64,000 bases of DNA from an uncultured virus (IMG/VR IMGVR_UViG_3300021197_000608) (taxonomy: Duplodnaviria; Heunggongvirae; Uroviricota; Caudoviricetes), in IMG/VR virus record IMGVR_UViG_3300021197_000608. One strand, 5' to 3'. Below are positions 49,934 through 58,940 of the stretch, piece after piece. The notes beneath the pieces are model-generated. The model was given only the letters and a program-made list of their open reading frames with translations. It did no database searches and was not told the origin of the DNA. Each line of letters begins with the position of its first letter. Positions within the stretch are counted from its first letter, which is position 1. The position numbers and the translations under genes were made by a program.

Positions 49934-50509
49934 TTATGCGATTGCCGTTAGTGTTCCAGCGGCTGCACCAGCAGCGGCACTAATTGCAACCAACGAGTTC
50001 AATGTAGTTCCTGTATCTTTCAGTGTACCACCAGCAAGTGCTACGTTCTGAGCACCAATTGACAATACGTCATCTGCAACAACTGTTGTTCCACCAGCAC
50101 CTATTGTAACTCTGAATGTCAATCTGTTTGTACCAGTACCAGATGTATACGCTGCAGTCAATGCTGCCGCAGAACCACCACCAGCTTGGTCATTAGTGAT
50201 TGCAACTGTTGGATTACCAGTTACAGTTACCTTCTCGTTGTAAATTACACGAACATCAATGTTACCACCAGCACTTACGTCAAACGCTGTAGATACAAAA
50301 TCTGTTGCAGAAATTGTAGCAGCACCAAGTCCGACAGTACTAGATGTACCACCAGCAAGTCCGCCGATAGAACATAGAACTTCTTCGTTACCTTTACCGT
50401 TTAGCACTACCCAACCTCTATCAGTTGCGAATGCCTCTTTCTTTTGTGCAGCAGTGAGCCACTTTGGTTTGGACTCATCTGCTGTTACTGTTGTTCCCCA
50501 TAGGGCCAT
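49934..50509 (-). CDS. virion structural-like protein
   Basis: MALWG..KPKWL; Ig-like NEKVTVTG.P..Y.SG.GT..LTF. Confidence 0.55.
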   Translation of the reverse strand: MALWGTTVTADESKPKWLTAAQKKEAFATDRGWVVLNGKGNEEVLCSIGGLAGGTSSTVGLGAATISATDFVSTAFDVSAGGNIDVRVIYNEKVTVTGNPTVAITNDQAGGGSAAALTAAYTSGTGTNRLTFRVTIGAGGTTVVADDVLSIGAQNVALAGGTLKDTGTTLNSLVAISAAAGAAAGTLTAIA

Positions 50510-50544
50510 AGTCTTTCTCCTTATTAAAGATTTTACTCTTCTAT

Positions 50545-51057
50545 TTATCTAAATCCATATCTCTTCAATTGAGAAATGGTTTTTGTTGGACTCAGATGAT
50601 GAATCCCAATACCACCTTTGGTTTCCCATTCAATTATATTCTTCTTATAATCATCAATCAGAATATTTGGTTTACCATCAGTCATGGCATATTTCTGTTT
50701 GTCTGCTCTCTGTACTAGAAGTACTTTACCAGTAGGTTTTGCATTTCGTGATAACCACTTTTTCTTGCCTGGCCTACTGTTCGCATCTCTATTTGAATAT
50801 GCAGACAGAATGTTTGCTTGATACTTATTTATCAACTTCCACATTACCTGAGCGCCAGGCATCCAATCCAATGTTGCCCAGAAATCTTTCTTTCCAGTGA
50901 TTGCATTCCAACGCTCATCTTTATCAGTTTTTGCAAATTCTAAACCAGTGAGGTTTTCATACCCACCAATGAAGTCACATAAAACCATATCCATATCACA
51001 GTAAATCTGTGGAAGCTCTGCTTCTTCAATGTTTGTGAGTTCCACAAGATATTTCAT
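50545..51057 (-). CDS. HAD nucleotidase paralog with N-terminal extension
   Basis: YCDMDMVLCDF, ILIDD; extension MKYLVELTNIEE. Confidence 0.85.
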   Translation of the reverse strand: MKYLVELTNIEEAELPQIYCDMDMVLCDFIGGYENLTGLEFAKTDKDERWNAITGKKDFWATLDWMPGAQVMWKLINKYQANILSAYSNRDANSRPGKKKWLSRNAKPTGKVLLVQRADKQKYAMTDGKPNILIDDYKKNIIEWETKGGIGIHHLSPTKTISQLKRYGFR

Positions 51058-51059
51058 TG

Positions 51060-51572
51060 TTACACTTTATCCTTTGGTGTTACTTCAACTTTTGACATTT
51101 CTTTACCTGTCATAGTTTTACCATTCTTCTTTGGTTCTTCTTCTTCTTCAGATTTTGTTTTCACACCATCTTTCTCTGCAGCAGCTTCTGCCCACATACT
51201 AGAAATGTACTGTGCTGCTTTCATAGCAAGAGTTGTTTCTTCTTTGACTTCAACTTCTTCGTTTTCACCTTTGTAGTTCTTGTCTACATAGTCGAAAAAC
51301 TTTTTCTTTTCTTCATCAGATTTGAAGTCAGCAGGACTATCAACTTTGAATTTTTTCAAAGCAGACTTAAAGAACTTTTCATATGCTTCTTTGTCCTCAG
51401 AAGTCATCTCTTCCTTTTTGTCTTTTTTATTCTTTGGTTCTTTATAACCACTCGCAAATGCAGCTTTTCTTTGAGCGTCACTTGCAAATCCTTCGTCTTT
51501 CTTTGCAGCAGAAACCGCTTCTACCACTGCACTTTCAAGACTACCTTCTTTACTTTTTAGATACTTAGGCAT
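51060..51572 (-). CDS. Lys/Glu-rich modular protein (putative internal head protein)
   Basis: basic modules separated by Glu-rich linkers. Confidence 0.6.
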   Translation of the reverse strand: MPKYLKSKEGSLESAVVEAVSAAKKDEGFASDAQRKAAFASGYKEPKNKKDKKEEMTSEDKEAYEKFFKSALKKFKVDSPADFKSDEEKKKFFDYVDKNYKGENEEVEVKEETTLAMKAAQYISSMWAEAAAEKDGVKTKSEEEEEPKKNGKTMTGKEMSKVEVTPKDKV

Positions 51573-53318
51573 CTGGTTTCTCCTGTGAGTTTAGTTTATT
51601 AATTGTTTCTGTTGCCTTTGCAATCTGCAACTGCAACTGTGCGATACGAGTTTTCTTCTTATCATCTCGTGATTGATCTACCGCCTTGGCAGAATCTGGT
51701 TTGTCCATTTTCTTTTCTGGTTCTTCTTTGATATCTACAGGTGATACTGCCATATCTCCGAAAGCCATTGTAACTTTTCCATCTCTTTTGTATAGATATC
51801 TTTTTGCACTAGTAGGACTATCTTTTCTTGCCATGGTAATCTTTTCTACTCTACCCTTGTTTACCATGTTCTTAGACTTTACAATATACTCAATAAAATC
51901 TTTACCCTTCTCTATTGAAGAGTCGTGTTTGATTTTAACAGTAGAACCCTTCTTCAGTTTATCAAAGACTCTAAGCAACTTAGGATCGTTCATCTTCATG
52001 CCTTCAATTAAAGCATCTGTAATTTCAACTTCTTCAGCCATACCCATCTCTAGAGGTCTACCGATCATCTTTGATGCTCTGTTAGTTGCAATACCACGTT
52101 TTAGTTTGACAACCTTACCTTTTTCTTTTCTAAGGTTATTTTTTGATAAACTAATTGCATCTTTCTCATCAGATGCAAATGCAAGAACATCTCCACTTTT
52201 AACTGATACGACAGCAAACTTATTAGTAATTTCATCAAGTTCANNNNNNNNNNNNNNNNNNNNNNNNNNNNNNNNNNNNNNNNNNNNNNNNNNNNNNNNN
52301 NNNNNNNNNNNNNNNNNNNNNNNNNNNNNNNNNNNNNNNNNNNTTCATCAAGTTCAACTTCTTCTCTCATTCCAAGTTCTTTTCTACGTTTATTGATCTG
52401 ATCAATAAGTTTTTTCTGTGCAGGCGAACCAGGCATAGTTTTCATTGCTTTGGTGTAGAGTTTCATTAACTCAGCATCCATAGAAATATCTTTCATTCTA
52501 CCTTCATCAAGATTTTCATTTGCCTTTCGCAAAGCAGCTTCAACCTCTGGATACTTTGATAATCCATCTCTAATTTTCTCAATAGCCTTAACTGCACCTG
52601 TCATATTACCACCCTTATAACGAGGGTCATTTGCAATACCTATTGCCATTTTAACTTCTTTGGAAGAAGGTCTTCTTGACATAAACTTTTCATCAACTTC
52701 AACTTCTTCAGATTTTCCTTTATGTTGTTTCCACAAGTCTGCATCACCAGTGGTTCTTGTCTTACCACCAGAAATAAAAGAGTTAACTCTTGCATGGGCC
52801 CACTGTACAGGTGTTGTGCCTGGTCGATGTCCACCTTTCCATGCGGCAACACCTCTATCAAATACCTTCTTCAAAATACTCAGTGAAATGCCAGAAGCGT
52901 CTGCCTTCTTTTTTAAAGACTTATCTGCATCCTCATCAAGTTCAACTTCTTCTTTGTACATATTTAGCTCGAATTTTTTATCATCAAGATTTGCAACTTG
53001 TACTTGGATTGCACCACCTTTACCCTTTAGTCTATAACTATTAGTTTTACCTTTAGATGGTTTCTTGGGGCCTGTTGCAACCTTGTCATCAATCTCTTTT
53101 GGATCAATTGTAATACCATGAAGTTTCTTTGCCATGGCATATGCGTGTTGCATTGCAGATGAAAAATCTTTGTGGTAGAGGTCATATTTTGCCTCATCAA
53201 GTTCAACACTCTCACTGACAACACATTCACATGGTTTATCTCCACATTTTGGACATGGTGCATATAGAGTTCTCATCTCTATCAGAATATCTTTCATACT
53301 TCTTGAATATCTAGTCAT
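51565..53318 (-). CDS. modular polyprotein with EEVELDE linkers, spanning the N gap
   Basis: frame after the gap resumes ELDEITNKF... and runs into ORF 51565-52068; the ORF-track split comes from the arbitrary gap length. Confidence 0.75.
52231..53207 (-). repeat. dispersed GAAGAAGTTGAACTTGATGA linker repeat
   Basis: 20-bp identical copies at 52345-52364 and 52933-52952; partial copies at 53194-53207, 52231-52243 and about 52690. Confidence 0.8.
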
Positions 53319-53586
53319 TTGTTTCTTCCCAAATTTTTACGACAAGTTGCCCTGTTCCTTTTATTATTCTATGATACTCCATTTTGGGTATCTTGTAAAT
53401 CTTTCCTTTTACTAATTCTTCTGGTAACTTATTATCCAATTGTATCTTCCAATTGTCACCATCTAAAACTGTAACTTCTCTAGTACGTCTATCTCTGTGC
53501 CATACCAGTTCTTCACTTTCTATATCATCTTCAAACTGTCTGATAATAACTCCCTTATCATAAGTTTGAGTATAGGGTTTTACCAA
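53311..53586 (-). CDS. cupin-like small protein
   Basis: ELVWHRD..R...IPKMEYHRIIKG. Confidence 0.6.
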   Translation of the reverse strand: MVKPYTQTYDKGVIIRQFEDDIESEELVWHRDRRTREVTVLDGDNWKIQLDNKLPEELVKGKIYKIPKMEYHRIIKGTGQLVVKIWEETND

Positions 53587-55712
53587 AAGAAATTACCCCC
53601 ACCACTCAAACCAAGTTGTTTTGCATATCTTGGAAGATTACAACTCCAATATCCTGCCTTGGTTCTATCTTTTTGTTGGTCGCAATTATGTCTTGCAGCA
53701 AAACTCTTTCGTGCTTCTTTATCACTTAACTTAACTTTCAGTCCACTTGTATCACCAAATGTAACCTTCTTGACATTACCTGTCTTTGGATCTTTTACAT
53801 ATACATAGTATTTCTTTGGCCCACCGACTTTAGGTTTATTTAATTCTACATCTTTTTCTTCAAACATCATAGGACAATCTAATGCAACATGCTGTCCTTG
53901 ATACATATCAAACCTACCTAAGTCACCTTCCATAAGTTGTTTATCAAATCCTACTGGTTCATAAACACCAACTTGATATGCATCTCTTTTCTCTTGAAAG
54001 AATTCAAAATATTTTTCTGAACCCACACGATAAATGTTAGACTCAATCAAACTTGAGGTTTCACATTCATTACAGCAATCAGGTGTACCACAATTGGTAT
54101 GTTCTGAAAACTTAATTACTTTCTGTCCTGGCGTCATATCTTGGTGTAACTCCCTTCGAGCATTTGTTCCGATTTCACGAGCATCTTCATACTTATCTGA
54201 TTTTCGTTTTGTACCATCAGAACGAGGAATCAATCCCTTTGCCTTTAGGTGTGTAATATCACCAAATCCAGCTTTCCCTGCCTTGTATCTTTTCATTGCA
54301 TCTTGTGTATCAGGTGCTTTTTCTTTATACAAATCTGGAAACATCTTTTTCATTTTATTTGTGTACTTTGATGGTTTAGTTTTTGCAGACTTATCGCCTG
54401 GCGCTGGTTTGTATGCACTGTCATCACTGTCATCTTTTGCAGAACCTTTTGCAAAATGTCTTGCACGAGCCTGTTTGGTAGACTTTGCCATCTTATCACC
54501 CTCAGCATCTTTTGCATAATACTTTGCTGGTTGTGTACCTTTTCGTTTTCCAATATCTTTATCTTCTTTTTCTGCAACAAACTCTTCTTTTGGAACACAG
54601 TTCGGCACCATCTTACCGTTCTTCTTTTTCATTCCAACTTGTTTATGAGTATCCCAACAGGGATTCTCTTCTGTGAGTTTAGGATGAGCCTTTGTAAATG
54701 CATTCCCAAGTTCTTTACCATCAATACCTATAAGTGTTCTTGCAATTTGTTGTGCGTAATAACTAATACCGTGTTTTAGTTTTCCACCTGATTCTTTATG
54801 TTTTCTATCAATAACGGATTTCATAATTTCAACTGCTCTATCATAACCTTTTTTCTTTGTAGTTTTGGCCATGACACGTTTGATAAGTTGTCCAGTTGTC
54901 ATCTCTTGGATTTCATACAACCACTTCTTATGTGTATCTCCATTCTCTTCTGCAAAGGTAATATAGTTTGTTCCTCTACGAACAATCTTTCCACAGACAC
55001 CAGAATATGAATCAGTGACTTCTTCACCAATGGTTAGTATCTCACCACGAATATATAAATCTCTGAAGATTTCTTCTTCAGTTATAGTATCTTCTACTGG
55101 AATAAACGACTCACGAATACCCATGTATCTACGAACATCTTTAAATAAAGTCATTCCTTGTTTGAAATTTGTTGGTAATCCAAGTTTGAACTGGTCAAAA
55201 TCATTCGTAGATGCAGCAGCTCTCATCTTTGACGCAGACATTCCAGTAACACCTTCTGCATCTGGATCACGTTCACCAGCAGATATAACTTCGATATTAT
55301 CAAAACCATAATAACCATGTCTTGCTTCAACACCATTATACTTGTTCAGTAGACCTTCAAACTCTGCAACTCTATCAGAACCAGCAACCATGACAATTGA
55401 TTTGTGTCCTTTGTTATAAAGGATCATTGCAATCTCAAATACATTTCTTGCTTTTGATACTAGAAGATTTCTTGAATGTTTTGGGAACATCTTTTTCATG
55501 TATGCAATTTTCTTAGAATACGGTAATGGGTCTTTCTTTGGGTTTTCAGAATGTGATGCAAAAATATAATATGGGGCGCCAGCATTTTTCTTTGCAACTG
55601 CCGCTGTTTTGTCTAAAAGTTTCTCATGTCCTATCGTTGGTGGGTTAAATCTACCGAATGTAAATACGGCAGTGTCACCACGAGCTTCGCTGATGTCTTT
55701 AAATGTTTTCAT
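53580..55712 (-). CDS. HxGH-class nucleotidyltransferase (cytidylyltransferase/NMNAT-like) with a C-terminal string of small basic modules
   Basis: MKTFKDISE; FGRFNPPTIGH, GSDR, SASKMR; modules CW..VPNCVP and RKSFAARHNC. Confidence 0.85.
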   Translation of the reverse strand: MKTFKDISEARGDTAVFTFGRFNPPTIGHEKLLDKTAAVAKKNAGAPYYIFASHSENPKKDPLPYSKKIAYMKKMFPKHSRNLLVSKARNVFEIAMILYNKGHKSIVMVAGSDRVAEFEGLLNKYNGVEARHGYYGFDNIEVISAGERDPDAEGVTGMSASKMRAAASTNDFDQFKLGLPTNFKQGMTLFKDVRRYMGIRESFIPVEDTITEEEIFRDLYIRGEILTIGEEVTDSYSGVCGKIVRRGTNYITFAEENGDTHKKWLYEIQEMTTGQLIKRVMAKTTKKKGYDRAVEIMKSVIDRKHKESGGKLKHGISYYAQQIARTLIGIDGKELGNAFTKAHPKLTEENPCWDTHKQVGMKKKNGKMVPNCVPKEEFVAEKEDKDIGKRKGTQPAKYYAKDAEGDKMAKSTKQARARHFAKGSAKDDSDDSAYKPAPGDKSAKTKPSKYTNKMKKMFPDLYKEKAPDTQDAMKRYKAGKAGFGDITHLKAKGLIPRSDGTKRKSDKYEDAREIGTNARRELHQDMTPGQKVIKFSEHTNCGTPDCCNECETSSLIESNIYRVGSEKYFEFFQEKRDAYQVGVYEPVGFDKQLMEGDLGRFDMYQGQHVALDCPMMFEEKDVELNKPKVGGPKKYYVYVKDPKTGNVKKVTFGDTSGLKVKLSDKEARKSFAARHNCDQQKDRTKAGYWSCNLPRYAKQLGLSGGGNFFW

Positions 55713-56101
55713 TCTTTAGCACCCTGTTTCGCTTTTTGCAGTCTTTCTATTTCTGACTTTTTTACTTTCGGTAATAATTTTGTAGCAATCTTTTTAAGTG
55801 CAGCACCTTTTTTCGCTAAAATTTTATTATCAATCATTTGTCTTTGTACAAGAGGCAAGTTTGCATATGCATTTGCATCTAGACCAGTAAACTTCTTAAT
55901 GATTAAAAACTTTGCAGCTTTGTTCGCTCTCTGTTTAAGTTTTGAATCACTTGCCTTTTTTAGTTTAGCTCTTGCAATCTTTGCTTTGACAGCAGAACTT
56001 TTCATCATTCGTGACATTCTCATTCCAATTTTTTTTCTGTCAAAAGTGCTCATAGCCTTTCTTTCAGAAAGTTCAAAAAGTAATTCATCGAATGTCTTCA
56101 T
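55709..56101 (-). CDS. very basic protein with CTS-like N-terminus
   Basis: MKTFDELLFELSE followed by a Lys/Arg-rich helical body. Confidence 0.7.
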   Translation of the reverse strand: MKTFDELLFELSERKAMSTFDRKKIGMRMSRMMKSSAVKAKIARAKLKKASDSKLKQRANKAAKFLIIKKFTGLDANAYANLPLVQRQMIDNKILAKKGAALKKIATKLLPKVKKSEIERLQKAKQGAKE

Positions 56102-57345
56102 TTATCCCATGCCTTTATCGCAGTAAAGTTATTAAAACTGAATTCCATTCTATCAACTAATTTAACTGCATTACCAGAAATTCTATCAATAGCAACATAT
56201 CCTTCTGGGTTTACAACTTTAAACCCATTTGCAGTTTTAATAAAAGTTCCAATGCTCTTTACTGTATTTAGTTTCTTTACCACACCCATTTTCGCTTCTA
56301 CGATGTGATTTTGAAATGTAACCATATTACTCAAATTTACTGTATGTTTCTTTAGTTCACGAACTATTTCTTTTTTCTTATTCTCTACTTCTTTTTTCTT
56401 AACAGGAGTTTTTAGTTTGTCAACCTTTTTATCAAATACACTCTCTACCCAAGGAATGTAACCTTGTGCATGTTTCTTTGGATTAGTAACCTTCTGTCCT
56501 TTTCTTACAAGACTATTATTATATGTCTTGAGAGATGCACCAGAAAAATCACCAGTAAAACTATTTTGAATAGTTAAAAACTGATCTAATAATCCAGAGT
56601 TAATTTTTTGAAAGATAGAACCAGCCATAGATAAATGTTTAGTAACCACTGCTGTTTCTTTTGCAGTCATTGTTGCAGAACCAGATGTATCTTTGTATGT
56701 TGCATCATCCATCCAAACTGTAGATGGATTGTTAAGTCCTTTTATATTTGCACCAAATGATGCTTTCATATCTTGTAGTTCGTCACCTTTGTATGTTGTG
56801 TGCCATACAACACCAATCTTGGCGTTTTTAATCTTTCTACCTAAGTCCGAATTTACATCTACAGCATATACAATAGTATTGGGTTGAAATGTGTAATACT
56901 TCTTTCCTTCTATATCTGTAGTGTCTACATCACCATCAGTAAACATCAAGTCTCCTTGAAGTACATCTGTAATACCCAACTTAGAAAACTCTGCAAGTGC
57001 AACTTTAAATTTACTATTTAATGCACCAGATAATTTATCTGCATCTATCTCTGTATTTGACTTATAGAGTTTTGGTTCGATATTAAAAACAGATTTCTTT
57101 GCAACAAAGAACTTACCATCTTTTGGATCAATACCAGCAAATATTGCAGGCGCACCATCCCACTTGACAGTCATGTTTACAGAACTACGACTTGAACCAG
57201 CCAACATGTCACGCAAAGAACGAACAAAGTTGATTGCAGCTCGTCCACCAGAAACACCAAAATTAAGAATTTCATCCTCAATGTGTTCTAGGTGTAAATT
57301 CTTACCACCTTTATCTTCTGTAATAAATGAACTAAACTTTATCAT
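56098..57345 (-). CDS. covalent nucleotidyltransferase (RNA/DNA ligase-like) with CTS-like N-terminus
   Basis: MIKFSSFITE; KWDG (motif I), QGDLMF (III), EGYVA (IV), VKLVDR (V-like). Confidence 0.6.
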   Translation of the reverse strand: MIKFSSFITEDKGGKNLHLEHIEDEILNFGVSGGRAAINFVRSLRDMLAGSSRSSVNMTVKWDGAPAIFAGIDPKDGKFFVAKKSVFNIEPKLYKSNTEIDADKLSGALNSKFKVALAEFSKLGITDVLQGDLMFTDGDVDTTDIEGKKYYTFQPNTIVYAVDVNSDLGRKIKNAKIGVVWHTTYKGDELQDMKASFGANIKGLNNPSTVWMDDATYKDTSGSATMTAKETAVVTKHLSMAGSIFQKINSGLLDQFLTIQNSFTGDFSGASLKTYNNSLVRKGQKVTNPKKHAQGYIPWVESVFDKKVDKLKTPVKKKEVENKKKEIVRELKKHTVNLSNMVTFQNHIVEAKMGVVKKLNTVKSIGTFIKTANGFKVVNPEGYVAIDRISGNAVKLVDRMEFSFNNFTAIKAWDK

Positions 57346-58694
57346 TTTGTGAGTCCGTTATATTTGATTGCAAGTCCTGTCGGAAATTGTCCTAGTTTCT
57401 TTTTGCCTGCGTGTCCAGATTTGTTTGAACGAATTGACATTTTCATAGTCAAAGTTTCTGTACCAGATTTAAGTTCAATGAACCAATCTTGTTTAGACGT
57501 TTTTGATGAATATGATTTTACAAACTTTACTTGTGGTAGGAATACCCCTACTTCATCTCTGTCTGTAACTTCTTCGTAATCTGTACCAATTGCCTTTATA
57601 ACAACAGTTGGAACTTCTGGTGCATCTCTTAATACTTCTGTTTGTATATACTTTAAAGTTTTATCTTTACTTTTATTAAATAAATCAACAACACCTTTTC
57701 GCATAATTTCTAACATTGCATCATAATCTGATTCATATGCCTTGTTGTTTTTCTTATCGTAATCTTTTAGAATAGTTTCGGTTTTTCTTCTATCGGGGCT
57801 TCTACCATTTGCACCACCGTCAAATCCATCAAGTGCAGGCATACCTTTGATTTTAGAATATACTTGTGCATATGCAGACGCCCGCAATGTTGCCATCATT
57901 CTAGTTTCACCAAATGCAGTAAAAACAGGTCTTACATATGTGTTAAGTTGTGGTTCTGAAGTTTTCTTACCACCAGCTTTTAGACTGACACCAAGAAACT
58001 TTCCATCTGTGTATTGAATAAACATATCGCCAGGGTGTTTACTTGGAACACCTGACGGTTTTGCACGATATCCCCAATAAACTAATTTTATTGGTTTATC
58101 TTTATTTGAATCATTTATATATCTAGTAATACCAATAGCGTTATTCATCTTCTCTTCAAACTTAGAGGATGTATCTGCTTTGTTTATTGTCTCTTGTCCA
58201 GCAACTGTATCTTTTGAGTTAACACACTTTAGTTTGTTAACTTCAAGGTCTAATAGATATTTGTGAAAATTTTCTGGGTTGGTGGGTACATAACCCTTTT
58301 CAAAAGCTATACAAGGGAATAGTTCTGTAATACTAGAATTAAGTGTGGTTTCTTGCATTCCACCAGCCATTGGTTTGACATTAATTCTAAACTTTTTATT
58401 GTCGATTATACCGTCAATTGGATCTACACTAGAATTAGATGAACCCAAGTTTGCATCAATACCAGATTGACGCATTCTTCTAAGTATTTCATCTCTATCT
58501 GTCTCTCTATCCTTAGAACGTACCGTATAGACAGTTCTTACGGAAGAACTGGCTTTCGTGTTTATTTCATGGGTAAACCCATCAAAGAAATCTGTAGGAA
58601 GAGTTTCCTCATATAAATCTTGTATTTTCTCTGTTAGAGAAACATTAGATTCGACAAGAGGATTTATCTGACGATAATATTTTTTTATAGACAT
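57342..58694 (-). CDS. restriction-endonuclease-like PD-(D/E)XK protein
   Basis: E..PC helix, PGDMFI..GVSLK; late promoter at 58734. Confidence 0.45.
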   Translation of the reverse strand: MSIKKYYRQINPLVESNVSLTEKIQDLYEETLPTDFFDGFTHEINTKASSSVRTVYTVRSKDRETDRDEILRRMRQSGIDANLGSSNSSVDPIDGIIDNKKFRINVKPMAGGMQETTLNSSITELFPCIAFEKGYVPTNPENFHKYLLDLEVNKLKCVNSKDTVAGQETINKADTSSKFEEKMNNAIGITRYINDSNKDKPIKLVYWGYRAKPSGVPSKHPGDMFIQYTDGKFLGVSLKAGGKKTSEPQLNTYVRPVFTAFGETRMMATLRASAYAQVYSKIKGMPALDGFDGGANGRSPDRRKTETILKDYDKKNNKAYESDYDAMLEIMRKGVVDLFNKSKDKTLKYIQTEVLRDAPEVPTVVIKAIGTDYEEVTDRDEVGVFLPQVKFVKSYSSKTSKQDWFIELKSGTETLTMKMSIRSNKSGHAGKKKLGQFPTGLAIKYNGLTK

Positions 58695-58940
58695 TTAACA
58701 CAGTTTCCATTAGCACAAATAGTTTTCTGATACTATTTATAATAACAAAACTATTCACGAATGTCAATATTACCTTTTAAAAATTTAGGTAAAGGGAACT
58801 CTCCGAATGGTTTACTTGATATTAGATGTTCTGAGAACATTTCAGCATCAACTTTTCTTCTATATGTACGCACAACTTCATTAGTAGGAAATTCAATAAC
58901 TTCCCACTTCTCATTGTTTTTATTTACAAAGTATGTTATT

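Noticed and set aside
52101..52243. ORF-track C-terminus NLMKLLISLL... implying a frameshift or separate gene
   Set aside because: Artefact of the 100-N placeholder; another frame reads ELDEITNKF into the downstream ORF
52231..53207. CRISPR-like repeat array
   Set aside because: Repeats are in-frame coding linkers with irregular spacing of roughly 150-260 nt and no cas operon
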